Source: Geosiphon pyriformis uo1 (taxonomy: Eukaryota > Fungi > Glomeromycota). Taken from it: DNA of 64,000 nt. The position numbers and the translations under genes are program-made. Numbering within the stretch: position 1 is the first letter of the stretch; each line of letters opens with the position of its first letter. The notes beneath the pieces were generated by a model. It was not told where the DNA came from and ran no database searches. It saw only the letters and a list, made by a program, of their open reading frames with translations. The DNA lies in contig JAAOMT010000772.1 of NCBI GenBank assembly GCA_016748015.1, positions 65,541 through 129,540 of the forward strand, given 5' to 3'. Shown here piece after piece: positions 42,372 to 56,575 of this stretch.

Positions 42372-45300
42372 TCTTGTTTGGTTATTTTGTTGGTAGGTTG
42401 GTAAGTTGTGGTGGAATTTGTTGTTGGTATTAATTTTGTCTCATTCTTGAGAGGCTATCAACATTGGTATGTAGTTTTCCTGGTTTGTGGTGTATAATAT
42501 ATCTGTAGTCTGCTAGGAAGTCATTCCATTGAGACTGTTTGGCACTTTGTTCAGTTTTCTTTTTATTGAGCCATTTGAGGCCAATGTTGTCCATTATTAT
42601 GTCAAATTTTTTTCCATTCTTTAGATATTGTTGAAAATGTTTAAGAGTCCAAATAACTGCGGCAGCTTCTAATTCAGTTGAGCCGTATTTTAGTTCTGTT
42701 GGTTTGAGTGTTCTATTAGCATAAGCAATGACTTGTTCTTGCCTATTTTCATCTACTTGTGATAAGATGGTACCAAATGCTATGTGTGAAGCATCAGTGG
42801 CTAGTTGAAATTATTTATTGAAGTCTGAGTAAACAAGAACTGGGGCTGTTATCAGTTTTGTTTTGAGGGTTTCAAATGCTTTTTGTTGTTCTTTAGTCTA
42901 TTTGTATGGCACATTTTTATTGGTAAGATAATTGAGTGGTTTGGCAGTTTCTGAGAATCCTTTGATGAATTTTCGATAATAGGAGGCTAATCTTATAAAT
43001 CTTCATAGTTCTGTGGTATTTCTGAAAGTTTGAAAGTTTTTGACAGCACTGATTGTTTCAAGATTTGGTTTGACTCCATCTTTGCTAACAATGTGTCCAA
43101 GAAAAATTAAGCTTGTTTTTCCAAAGTGACATTTTTTAATGTTTAACTTCAATACTGCTTTCCATAATCATTGAAAAACTTCTTACAGATGGATAAGATG
43201 AGTCTCAAAGCTTGGTGAGTATATATCAGTGTCATTAAGATAGACAACTACTAATTGCCACAAGAGTCTTTCATATACAACATCTATAAGTTGCTGGAAT
43301 GTTGCTGGTGTATTGCAGAATTCAAAAGGAATAATATTGAACTTATAGTTTCCTTTCTGAGTGGTAAATACTGTTTTGGGTCGGTCTTTTGGGTTTATTT
43401 TGACTTGTCAGTATCCACTTTCTAAGTCTAAAGTTGAGAAGAACTTGGCTTTTCCTAGAGCATCTAGCATGTCATCAATTCTTGGAAGAGGGTAAACATC
43501 TCCAATTGTCACACTATTCAATTGGTAATAGTCAACACAAAATCTGATTTTTCCATTTTTTTTTTGACAAGGACTACTGATGAGGCCCAAGAACTTCTTA
43601 ATGGTTGAATCAATCCATTATTAAGCATTCTCTGGACTTCTTCTCTGATGAATTGGTGCCTGACAGGTGGTACTCTGTAAGCTTGTTGACGTTTTGGTGG
43701 AGCATTTCCTATATGGATCTGATGTTGAACCATATCCATTTTTCCCAGGTCATTGTTGTCTTTTGCAAATATATCTGCAAATTCAGCTATCAATTGTTTC
43801 AATTGTCTTTGTTGTTGAGGTTCTAAGAGACTCATGTTAATTTGAGAGAGTTTTTCTTCCAAAAAATGGTAGTTTTTGGTAGTGGGAATGATATTTGGAT
43901 TTGAGAATAAAGTGTGCCTTACAATTTCGATGAAATTAGAGACAATTTGAGAGTTTTCATTTTGAAAAATATTGCTGTGTATGATTCCAATCTCTAGTTT
44001 GTTTAATAAAACAATAGGGTAATTATTGGGGTTGTAGAATATAACTCAAAATTTTTTTATTCCTTTGGGAATATAAACATTTGGAATTGAGATTTCATGC
44101 TTCAAACAGATTTGTTTATTGGATTTAAAGATTTGTTGTGTAGTGGTGGGTTTTGAGCAAGTGTAAATTTTGTGATGTTCTCCAAAAGATGAAATGGTAA
44201 TTGGCTAGGGAAGTTGAAGAATCTGGGGAGATTTATTTTGTGTATTAAGAGCTATGTTTACTGAAACTGTAAATCGTCCAGTTGAACCAAAACCTCGAGT
44301 TCCTTTTTCACTTTTTCCCAATTGTTCTCTGTTGTTTACTGATTGTAAACCCGAAATGTTGATTAAAGATAAGTAAATTGCTTGAGCAATTTTTTCAGCA
44401 TGTTCAATTTTAAATAGTTTGTTTGTCTCATTCTGTAATATGATGGTAATGTCTCCAGTGTATTCTGCATCTATAACTCCTCTTCTAATATTGATTTCTT
44501 TGCTTGCCAATGATGATCTGAAGGCAATTTGAACCATTGCTCCTGGTGGAATTTCAAAAGCAATTTTGAGATTGATTTTTGTCAAAGACTTTGGTTGGAG
44601 AACCAAAGTATCTTTTTCTGGGTATTTTAGGTCATATTCAGCATCAATTTTGTGTGCTTTTTCTGGTCTGATTCCTTGGCCATGGTTGTTAAAATATTTA
44701 AGTTGTAGAGGTGGTTGCTTTTCAAGAAGATAAATAGGGGTGGTTAGTAGTTCTTCTACTAGTTCAGATACTCCAAATTCGATTTCATTTTCATTATTCT
44801 CATCTGGCAGAGGAATGCTAAGAGCATAACATTCTAAACACCATTGGTCATCACAAGGCATAACACATTTTTCACACAATTGAATGTTCATTTGCTCTAA
44901 TCATTGAATTTGAGCTTCTTTGGTCGGATATGTGTGGCTTGCAATTTGGTGGTAGGTTTTTACTTCATCTTCATAATCAAATCTAGCTAATTCCATAGTA
45001 TACTTAATGTATTCAGCTTCTTTCATTTGGCAGACATCTTCTTGGGTGGCTCTATTGATCAATGTCATTGCTAAGTCAAAAATTATTTCAGCATTATGAG
45101 GGTAGTGGTAAAGTTTATTGAGAGCACTGTTGTATGCTGCATCAAATGGTGTTCCTCTTCTGACTTTTTCCGAAATTGATAGACATATTGACAGGTCTGA
45201 TTACATACTCCTCCTTTCATTGCTACATCAATCCAATTGTATTCTTCTGGTAGCTTTTTTTCACAAGTAAGGCAAGAAGTTTTGTCCCATTTTCCACTTT

Positions 45301-48300
45301 TCTTTGGGGATCCAAATCGTTCTTTATGGCATGCCTTGCAGAAGTAACAAGTGCAAGTTTCGTATTCCTCTTCTGGGGAAATACAGGCTCTCATAAATGA
45401 AAGCTTCTTTTTGCAATCTTTGCATTTTAGTGGAATGTATGGTGGTTTTTTTCATGGTTCTGGTGTAAAATATCTAACTTTCTTCCATCCTCTTGATTTT
45501 TCAAAAATCTTTTGTTCTGTTTCCTTAGCCCAACTGAATAGTGATTCAAGAGCCATGTAAGTTTCAGTAAGTGGCATTTCCTTTTTTTCTTCAAATTCAA
45601 ATACTGGAGCTTTTTCTGATCATTTGTTAAAGGTACCACAGATTGCAGGTACTATGGTATATTGTCCTTGGTATAAAATTTTAAGTTCTTGAGTTTTCCA
45701 GTTCAGGTTTGCATTGGCCTTGAGAAGCCAATTATTTCTGACTAGAGCTTGGTATTGGAGTGCATCCATAACAAGAACTTTAACTGGAATGGTGATTTCA
45801 TCAATTGTAAAGGGGAAATTATCAATTTCTCCTACTGGAGTCTTTTTCATACCATCAACTGTGACAATAACTGTTTGAGCAGGTCTGTCTATGTTTTGTT
45901 TAAGTTGTTGTATCAGCTGGTAAGTGATGATACTTCTAGCCAATCCACTATCTAAGATTAAGTGAATAAGTTTTCCTTCTACTGTAGCTTCTGTGTATAT
46001 AGCAGTAATTGCTTTCTGTTCATTGACTGCTGTATTACTAAGCAGAAATGGTGATTCATTTGCTTCAAATTCAAATGGAAATATATTTGACAAATTGGCA
46101 TTTTGGGCAATTTGAGTTGGTGGAATGGTGTGGTTAAAAGGATTTGATCTTGGTACTACAACTTCACTTTCAGAAAGTGCAGTTTGTTGAAAATCCGATT
46201 CCTCTGGTATTGTAAGATAACTGGGTTGAGTGTGATAGTAATTGGGTCTTTGTTGACCAGAATTTCGGGGAACCAACTGGTTATTTGGATTGATTCTGTT
46301 GTTGTTACTCTGTAATTGATTTTGGGGTGTCTAATATGACTGAATTGGTAAAGATTGCTGATATTGTTGTTGCATTGGTTGTGGAGCTAGTGGATAGTAA
46401 CTGTTTTGATTTTGTGGTCTTGGTGAATAATAGATTGGTAGTAGAGATTAGTAATAAGATTGTTGTAGTAAAGAATAATGTTGATTACTCCTGTTTTGTT
46501 GGTCTCTTTGTAATTTCCTACAATCTTGTTTTCAGTGTTCTGGAATTTCACAATAATGACAATTTTGAGGTTGGTTGTTGAATGGTTATCCAAAATTGTT
46601 TTGGTTGCGTCATTGTGGAGGTTGATATCTTTGTGGTTGTTGTTGCTGTTGTTGTTGGTTTGTGAAGTAGCTTTCAACCTTTTTTGTGAGTTGGTCTATC
46701 TTTTTTTCAGCTGCTGAGCTGGTTTCTCTAATTGCAAAATTTACAAGCTTGGTGTGATTTGCTTCTTCTATTGCCATTTCATAGCTTTTTGCATGTCTAA
46801 TAGCAGTTGTTAAGTCTGCTGGAGCATGTGGACAGACTTTCTTAATCAGTTTGTCTTTTAACTCTGCTATAAACTAATTCAGAATTTGAGCATCAGAATA
46901 GTAGTTATTGGTTTACAATTGTTGAATTCATCTGAGAAGTTTGTTAAATCTTCCAAGATAGGTCATAACAGTTTCAGATGTTTCTTGTTTGATATTGTGA
47001 AAGTGGTTTCTAAGAGTAATAGAGGTATTGTTGTCAGTGAATTGTTATAGAAAAACATTTTTGAATGCTTGCCAGTTTTCAAATAGTTCTTCTAAAATTT
47101 CAAACCATTTTTCTGCTGTTCCTTGGAGAAAATAGGGAATTGCTTTAAGCATTCTTGCTGCAATCCAACTATTTGCATCTCCTGCTTTTTGAACTTTGTT
47201 GAGCTATTCTTGAGAACTGATATCATTATCTTCACCTGTGAATTCTGGAATTTTTGCAATATAAGCAGTTGCCATTTTCTTTTTGTTTTCTGTGGTTTCT
47301 TCTTGTTCTGATTCAGTTTCTTCACTTTCCAAATTTTCTGAATGATCACTTTCATTTTCCTGCAAGTATTCAATAATATTGGTGCTTGTTGATATTGGTT
47401 CTTGCTGTTGAGTAGGATTTCTAGGTAACTGAAAATCTTCTGGTCTGGAGAAATGGTTAAATAGTGAATTTGGTGTTTGTAGTCAAGCAAGTGAAATTGG
47501 AAATAGTGTAATAGAAAGTGGTAATTTGACACTGGTTCCTTGTTCAGGTGTTTGCAAGTGTTTGGCAGTTGTCTTTGATAGTATTGGAGTGTTTGGAGTG
47601 GTTTTTGCATGTTGTTTCACTTTTTGTTTGCCTTTGTTGCTTGTTTCTGTTTCTGATTCAAAGTCAAGAGAGTATTTAGATTGTACTGGGTATTTTTCTT
47701 CACAATACTTGATAATGTTGTAATTGAGTTCTTGAAAGTAAGTAGCAAGTGTTTCACTGTTAAGATCTTCAGTTCCCAATCATGAATAGTGTACTAAATT
47801 ATTGTAGAGATTGCTTCTCACTTCTGAAATGTTGTAATTTCTAAGAAAATAATTGTTAATACGGTTTTCAATTTATTGGTAGAGTGTTCTTTCGACAATT
47901 TCAATTCTGTCTGAGATGTTAAATCTCTGCTTGCAATGGATGTAAATTGATTGATAATACTCTAGAGTTGTTGTGTCTGGTGTGATTGCCACTTTGAAGT
48001 TTGTTGTTTGCTGTGTTATTTCCATAAGAAAGCACTAAATGTTACTAAAGGTTTTTGGTCTCTTTTCTTGAATGTTGTAATTGTCTGTTGGTTGCAAATT
48101 CACGTTTTCTAGAAGTAGTTGAATCTTCAATAACTGAATTTATCTTCAAATTATCTCCTATAATTTGAACTGCTGGACTTATAAGTGAAATGGCCAATTC
48201 CTTGCCAGTTATTTTATGTAGTTATATTGTATTAAACATCAACTCTTTCCCAGGAATTGCTCATCTGGAAGCTCACTAAAAATGTGTAGTTACTTTGCTG

Positions 48301-51300
48301 TGAAAGTCAACTCTTCTACAGGAATCTCATCTGTAGGCTATCTTAATGATTGTAATAAAAAAATAAAAGAAAAATAAAAGAAATGTAAAAGAAATAAGAT
48401 TTTATCAAGGGAAACGTTTTCTATTCAGGCCTGGAGTCACTAACAGTTTACTGAAATTGGTAGCTAATCAATTTCAAAATGTTAATTGTGTTTTGGAGGT
48501 TTTCCAAGTGCAATAATTTAAAGAATTTGGTTTTTTGAATTATTTGATATTTTATTTCTTTTTTTGTGTGTAGAAATAGTTCTAAGTGATAAATCTAAAG
48601 TAAGATATATTTTCTTGAAAAGAAAAGCTCTTTTTTTATACAACTTGTTGTAGTACTAGTCTATGAACTTGCACTTTTTCTCTTTGCTCAAATTTTGGCA
48701 AACTAAAAATACATTTTGATGAACTACAAGTTATTTTGCTGAACTATTGATTAATTTGGGTGAACTATTCATAATTTCGGCGAATTTCTTATAAATTTCG
48801 GCGAATTTCTGTAAATTTTGGCGAATTTTAGAATGTTACAAAGTTCAGAGTATTGTGTAATTTGATCATCTTACTTTCTGTTATACTAATTAAATTATTT
48901 TAATTGTATTATGATATGTAATAATTGATTAAATAATAAATGATAATTTGAAATAATATTAATATACTAATTAATTATAGGAATTATAAAGGTAATTTCA
49001 TGCTAATTAATAGTTAAAATTCTACTGGTAACAACGAACACAACAAATTACTACCAATACTCTCTTGGAATAACAATAGAAAAGGAAATCAAAAGGAAAA
49101 ACTTACCTGGAATACCAACCAAGTCTGGGGAACTAACAATAATCTGGACAAATTATCAACTTGGGAGTAAAAAGAAACTGACAAGAAAAAGAGAAAAAAA
49201 AAGGAAAAAGAAACAACACTCACCAATACCACCACTTATAATTTCTACATCTACACTACACCACAACAATCCACTTACCACCAACCAAAGCTCATATGCA
49301 TTGATTGTGACAAGAAATTGTCATCAATGAACACATGCTGTAATAATGATAAGAAATACTACATAGCAACAAGATTCTACTGTCACTCATGCATCATAGA
49401 ATGCTTTGAATGACTGAAATGGCAAGAAAAATAGAACAACAAACCATGTCTTACATGTGGAACTATTTTGCCTGATGAAAGAATGTGGAATGACATTCCT
49501 GGGCATAGAGAAATATGTGATAAAACATGCCAGTATACAATCTTAATTAATGATTGAATATGCAAAGGAACACCAATTGATGATATCTAAAAATAAGTGT
49601 TGTAACAATTGGAAGAATATCTCTATGACAAACATGAAATATAGAGAATGACAAGTGTGAAAATAGAAGGTGTGACAACCAACAAACTACTGAAAATTAA
49701 AAACAATCTCTTATCACTTCCAGAATCCAAATACATCTTAACTTTCAATGTTTTTAACAACATTGAAAATGATCCTAAGCAATTTTATGAGCACTACCAA
49801 AACTTAGCACCAATCAGAGAAGAGCAAGAACAGTGTTTAGCCCAATTAAACACTCAACTATGTGACTATTGTTTAATTCCATGTGACTTTCAATATTGTA
49901 ATGAGTGTGATCTTATTTACAATCCACCACCATGTATGATCTACATAATTCCAGAGAAAAAAAAACCAATCAACAGCTGCGCATTAGAATTGGAATCAAT
50001 TTTTAATCCCAATTCAAACTCCAACAATAATGATGACGAAAACAATGGTTCCAATTCTGCTCAAAATGGCAATGAAAATAACAATGATTTAGACTCCGAT
50101 TCAAACTCTGAAACATTTATTGTACTTTCTGATCTTACAAAAAATCAGAAACTTAAATAGTTTAGCAATAATAATAAAAATATTATGCCAGAATGTGTGC
50201 ATAATACCAATGTTGGATTTGACTTGAGATATTTAGGAAAAAATACCATCAAATTGGAACTATATTTGCACACATGCATTAATCTCAAAATAGCATTAGA
50301 AATCTCAACAACAACAATAGTTCAACTAACATCTAGGAGTAGTTTAGCAAAAAAGAAAATCAACATCAGAAAAGAAATAATTGATACAGGATATATAGGA
50401 AACATTATTGCAATACTACAGAATGACTTTGAAAAGACCTATATTATAGAGCCAAATGAAAAGATACCACAGGCAATATTCCTATCTCTAGTGAAAATAG
50501 CTCAGTTAGTGTCAATAAGAAATAGAAAAAAATTAGGGATTACAGCAAAAAAAATACAGGGATTTGAATTAATGGGTAGAATAGATGTACCAGTTAATAT
50601 GGTAAAGAAAGAAGTTATTGATAAGAAAAAAATTATTTCCATCTGTTAATTAATTTCCATTCTACCATATAACTAATACATATTAGTCATAAAGAGAAAA
50701 GTAAAGGATCAGATACAGATTTTTGAGGCAGAAGCAACACTTTGTGAATCAGAAAAGATTAGATTAGTCAATCTACATATATCAGCCAAGCACTATAAGC
50801 ACATCAAAATTCCTATTTACAACAACATAGGAGATATTATTGAGATACTAGAAGGAACCATTATTGAATACTTAAGCATTGAAGTTGAAGATCAATTATC
50901 AAGCACTATTTCAGACTTTCCACAACTTTGTAAATATGAAGATATTATATTACAAACAATATATGAACAAAATAAATGTTATTTGTTCCAACCAGAACAA
51001 TTGGAACAAATAAACATGGGAAACTTAGATTCACTATAACATATACAGCTTAAGATATTGCTTAACAATTTCAATGACATCTTTACCAGTAAAAACAAAT
51101 TTGGCAGAACTGACATCATCCAACATCAAATCAAGACTGGAGATGCAATGCCAATTAAACAAAGAGCATATAAAGTACCACCAACCAGTCATAAGATCAT
51201 TTATCAAGAAATTAATTAGATGCTTAACAACAGGCTAATTTAGCCATCAATAAGCTCATGGTCATTACTGGTGGTACTAGTTTATAAGAAGAATAGAAAA

Positions 51301-54300
51301 ATACACTTTTGTGTGGATTACCAGAAATTAAATGGAGTAACAAAAGGAGATAGCTGTCCAACTCCAAAGATCCAAAAACTTTTCAATGCTTTTAAAGGAA
51401 AAAAGTGGTTCTCAACTTTAGACTTAGACAGTGGTTACTGACAAGTAGCTATGAAACCAGAAGATAAAAAAAAAACAGTGTTTACAACATAAGAAGAAAA
51501 TTTTAAATTCGAAGTCATGCCATTTGGCTTGATAAATGCTCCAGTTACTTTTCAGTGGCTCATAAAAATTGTTTATACTGGACTACTATGAAAATCAGTA
51601 GTCGTATACTTGAATAACACCAATGTGTTCTCAAAAACATTTGATGATCATTTGCATTATCTCCAACAAGTGTTTGAAAGACTAAAAAGAGCCGAATTAA
51701 AGCTAATTGCAACCAAATATTTCTTTGGAAAAACTGAACTCAAGTTTTTGGGACATGTTGTGAGCAAAAATGGTATCAAAACATATCCAAACAAGATTGA
51801 AATAGTCAAAAACTTTTCAGTACCAACCAACTTAACAGAACTAAAAGCATTCTTGGGATTTGCTGGATACTATTATCACTTTATCAAAGATTTTTTCAAA
51901 TTGGCTCAGTCATTACACCAGCTTTAATCAAAAAACACCAAGTATGAATGGACAGAAAACCAGTAAGAAGTGTTCAACATATTAAAAAGAAAGCTTATTT
52001 AAGCTCTAGTGTTAATATATCCAGATTACAGCAAACCATTCATCATTACTACTGATACATCAGATCAAGCACTGAGAGCAGTACTATTACAGAAAAGACC
52101 AAATAAAAAAGAACATCCAGTAGCATACACCAGCCGAAGTTTGAGTTTAGCCAAAAAAAACTATGGAATGCCAGCATTAGAACATTTAGCAATCTATTGG
52201 GCAGTCATGAAATGCAAGGAATGTTTAAACCAAAAGTTTGAGATATATACTAATTATAAAAGATTGATTTTAATTCAAAGGCAAGAATTTGGAAATGATT
52301 ACCATGTTAGATAAAAAATAGAACTCTCACTATTTAATTATACAGTACATTACAAAAAAGAAAAGAAAAATGGAAATGCTGATGGCTTGTCACAAATAAA
52401 ACAAATCTAAAAACATTTCAACCCAAAAATATAACAAAAAATAAATATACAAAAAATACCAACAACTCCAACATTATATAAATACCTAATTGTTCAAGAA
52501 GAAATTATCTTAAAAAGAACAAAACAACATAAAACAACAATCAAAATATTTTATCAACCATTAAAATATACTTTACTAGAAAAACAAAAGAAATTTAGAT
52601 CAACCAATCAGAATAATTACAGAACCAGAGAAAGAAACAATATTGTTCAACATGCACTCAGATCCAACAGCAGGATATTTTCATAAAAAAATAACAATAG
52701 AAAGAACCAGAAAAAAATACTATTGGCCATCTATGTACTCAGACATCATCCAATATGTTCAAAAATTATAATGCTTGTCAGAGAAGAGAAGGAACAAAAC
52801 CCAGTAAACTGTTAAGACCAATCAAAGTGAAACAATCATTTGATTACATTGGAATTGATTTAGTCGGACTATTAACAATAACTAGCAAAGGCAACAAATA
52901 TATTGCAGTAGCCATAGACTATCTCACTAAATAGCCAGAAGCAAAAGCCATTCAAAAAGCAGATGCAAAATCCATTGTGAAATTCATTTATCAAGATTTG
53001 ATCTGTCAACATGGATGTCCAAAAAAACTACTATCAGATTAAGGAATTCACTTTGTGAATAGAACATTGGCAAAATTAAGTCAAAAATTTAGAATAAAAA
53101 GACCATTGTTATCACCATACTATTCACAAACAAATGGATTAGTTGAAAAGTTTAACAGAACATTGTGTAAAGCCATTGCCAAAATCAGCCAAAAAAACCA
53201 GGACAAATAGGATTTGATTATATTATCAGTATTATTTGCTTATTGGACAATGAAGCAAGACACTATATAAACAACACCATTCAAATTAGTATACAGTAGA
53301 ACAGCAATATTACCAGTTGAGATAGAAGTTAAAACATATTCAACAGCACCAATAACAAAAGAAAATTTTCAAAGAACATTGTTAACAAGAACATATAACT
53401 TAATAGAAACACTAGAAAACACATGGCAAAGAGCAGCTGATAACATCCAAAAGTCACAAGAAAAACAAAAAGAAAGACACAATAACCAACTACTAGAGAA
53501 ACCAGTTGAATTCAAGATTAGAAACAAAGTACTTCTACATTGTACTAAAGCAGAAAAACAATGAAGTGGAAAATTTAACCTCAAATGGGATAGACCATTT
53601 CACATAGAAGAAATTCTTGGAAATAGAGCTTATAAATTAAGGTTGAACAACAAAATTTTAACCAAAGCAGTACATAGTAATTAACTGAAACAATACCATC
53701 ATATAATATCATCATCTATCAGTAATATTCTACAATTAGGAGTACAGAGAATACTAGTCAAACCAGAAGAGATTTCACGAGATCTAGAACCAATTATAAT
53801 TATTAAACCAAATATGTAAAATTGTACAACCAAAAAAGTATATAAAAACATAGTATATGTAACAAAAGACAACAGAAAAATGGAGATTATTGACAGCATT
53901 CACTTACTAGCACAACAACTTTTTCAATTAATCCAACAACAAGAGATGAAAATTACAATCAATCAACAAACTATCAAATACATAATCACCAGAAAAGAAC
54001 CATAAAATAAAATATGGAGAAAAACAGAAAACACTGTAAACAAAATAATTACAAAAGTGAAATTGGCAATAAAAACACAACCAAAAGTTACTTAATATCA
54101 AGAGTTGACTATAGAAACTTGGAATTAATGAATACAACAATTTTCAAAAAACTTTTGTTACTTTTATTTGGGACAACACTTGAACATTTAGGGCTTGTAT
54201 ATGGATAAAACAAAATGATTATTTGACACAACAATACTGTAACAACTGGAACAATTTGTGGAGAAGAACAATTTGACCACATAAGCAAGAGCAATTTATT

Positions 54301-55723
54301 GGCTACACACCAGGTTTTAAGATTGATCAAAAATCTTACTCAATCCAGAAATAAACTCTATTACCATTAACCAAATGGGAAAATTAATTAATGCTCAATT
54401 TAAAGAATTACAGAACAAGATAGCACAAGTAATTCTTGAAAAAGAAGTTCAAGAAATACTCAAAGACGGAGAATTAGAATTAAAAAATTTCAACAAAGCT
54501 TAATATTAAAGAGAAGGGAATAATATTACTTATAGAATATAAAACGTATATTAGCATATAAATTAGCCAATCAGAAATAGCCATAGTAAATATGAAATTC
54601 CAGAATTTCTCTCAAAAGAATTGCAGAATTCCAAGAATTTCAGAATTCTCATACAAGGAATTGCAGAATTTCAGAATTTCAGGATTCCTTTTAAAAAAAT
54701 TGCAGGATTCCAGAAATCCCAGAATTTCTGATGTAAAGAATTGAGAAATTAAGAAATTTCAATTATGTATATTGTTACTGGAGGTTTTTGGTCTCTTTTC
54801 TTGAATGTTGTAAATGTCGATTGGTTGCAAATTCACGTTTTCTAGAAGTAGTTGAATCTCCAATAACTGAATTTATTTTCAAATTATCTCCTATAATTTG
54901 AACTGCTGGGCTTATAAGTGGAATGGCCAATTCCTTGTCAATTACTTTATGTAGTTATGTTGTAGTAAACATCAACTCTTTTCCAAGAATTGCTCGTCTA
55001 GAAGCTCACTAAAAATGTGTAGTTACTTTGCTGTAAAAATCAACTCTTCTACAGGAATCTCGTCTGTAGGCTACCTTAATGATTATAATAAGAAAAAAAA
55101 AGAAAAATAAGAGAAATATAAAAAAAATAGAATTCTGTTAAGGGAAACGTTTTCTATCCAGGTCTGGAGTCACTAACAGTTTACTGAAATTGGTAGCTAA
55201 TCAATTTCAAAACATTAGTTGGGTTTTGGGGATTTTCCAAGTGCAATAATTAAAGAATTTGGTTTTTCAAATTATTTGATATTTATTTCTTTTTGTGTGT
55301 ATAAGAATGGTTCTAAGAGAAAAATCTAAAATAAGATACATTTTCTTGAAAAGAAAAGCTTTTCTTTTATACAACTTGTTGTAATACTAGTCTATAAACT
55401 TGCACTTTTTCTCTTTGCTCAAATTTTGGCAAACTAAAGATACATTTTGATGAACTACAAGTTATTTTGCTGAACTATTGATTAATTTGGGTGAACTATT
55501 CATAATTTCGGCAAATTTCTGTAAATTTCGGCAAATTTTAGAATGTTACAAAGTTCAGAGTATTGTGTAATTTGATCATTCTACTTTCTGTTATACTAAT
55601 TAGATTATTTTAATTGAATCGTGATATGTGATAATTGATTAAATAATAAATGATAATTTGAAATGATATTAATATACTAATTAATTATAGGAATTATAAG
55701 GGTAATTTCATGCTAATTAATAG

Positions 55724-56430
55724 CTAAAATTCTACTGGTAACATAATCTTTTCCTCAAGACTGAGCTCTGTCAAAGTCCAAGCACTATCTGTAATATTGA
55801 GATAGTGATCCAAAATAATTGAAGTAATCTGGTCTGAAAATTGTTGAAATTTTTGTTCTGTAAATTTGCCAATGTATTGGACTTTTATTGGTTGCAGTAT
55901 TGGATTTTGTAGAACATTTTCACAAGTATTAAACAAATCATAGAGTCTGAAAGCTGCTCTAAGTTTGTAGCAAGTGTTTGTTGGTCCAGCTGCTGTTTTG
56001 AATTCATTGTGGATTTGTTTTTGTATAGCTTCAGGAGTGAGATTTGTTGCTTCAAGTTCCAGTTTTTGTTCATAAAGTGTCTTTCCAATGTGAAAGTATT
56101 TATAGATAGGGGTGTGTTTATTGTTCTGTTCATTGAGAAGTAGTAGAAGTTTTTGTTGCATTGTAGCATTTGGTGGAATGTCAATAGGAGCAATTAAAAA
56201 AATTTTTTCTAGTGCTTGTTTCAAAAGTCTTGGTAACCTATTTTCAGAGTGACTTCTTGTTTTTTTCTATAGGGGTGATAGCTCTGTGAATGATTTGCTA
56301 CTGGGGCTGTGGTTTCTTTCTGAATGGAATTGATTTGACTTCTATTAATCGTTATGGATAAGTTAGGAAGTGTTTTCAAGATTAATATTAACTTTTGGGA
56401 TATTTGTTGAATATTTCGGGGAATAATCAT
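55724..56430 (-). pseudogene. accessory ORF3 of copy C (one 1-nt deletion in an A-run)
   Basis: 707 nt versus 708 nt in copy B. ORFs 56221-56430 and 55724-56224 join once the deletion is repaired. Confidence 0.85.
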
Positions 56431-56575
56431 AATAAAATTGACTAATTATGAAAAGAAATAATAAAGAAAATTATTTTTGGGATATGGGGTTTTTATTTGT
56501 TTTTGGGTTTGGGTGTTTTTGTAATTTATTTACTATTTTTGTCTTTGTGTTTTTATTGGAGAATTATTGTAAAAT

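Larger units (their letters stand above)
39296..49033 (-). mobile_element. full-length Ty3/gypsy copy B (family 1), ~9.7 kb
   Basis: 5' LTR 48040-49033, PBS at ~48031-48039, gag-PR-Zn-dUT-RT-RH, IN, ORF3, 3' LTR 39296-40152. The 4-bp TSD is ATGA/ACGA, and removal restores the host pol frame (WTEDEHNKLLP). Confidence 0.96.
35624..54772 (+). mobile_element. Ty3/gypsy copy H (family 2), essentially full length, split by copy B and with its 3' LTR cut by copy C
   Basis: 5' LTR 35624-36464, PBS 36465-36474, gag-PR to 39295. Resumes at 49034: zinc module, dUTPase (50185), RT (~51100-51800), RNase H to stop 52410, integrase (~52440-53819), ORF3 (~53820-54520), PPT AGAGAAGGGAATAA, 3' LTR 54524-54772. 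Confidence 0.9.

Noticed and set aside
56221-56275. Programmed -1 frameshift (A-run) splitting ORF3 into two ORFs
   Set aside because: Copy B reads through in one frame (AGA AGA AAA ACA), so copy C simply has a 1-nt deletion.
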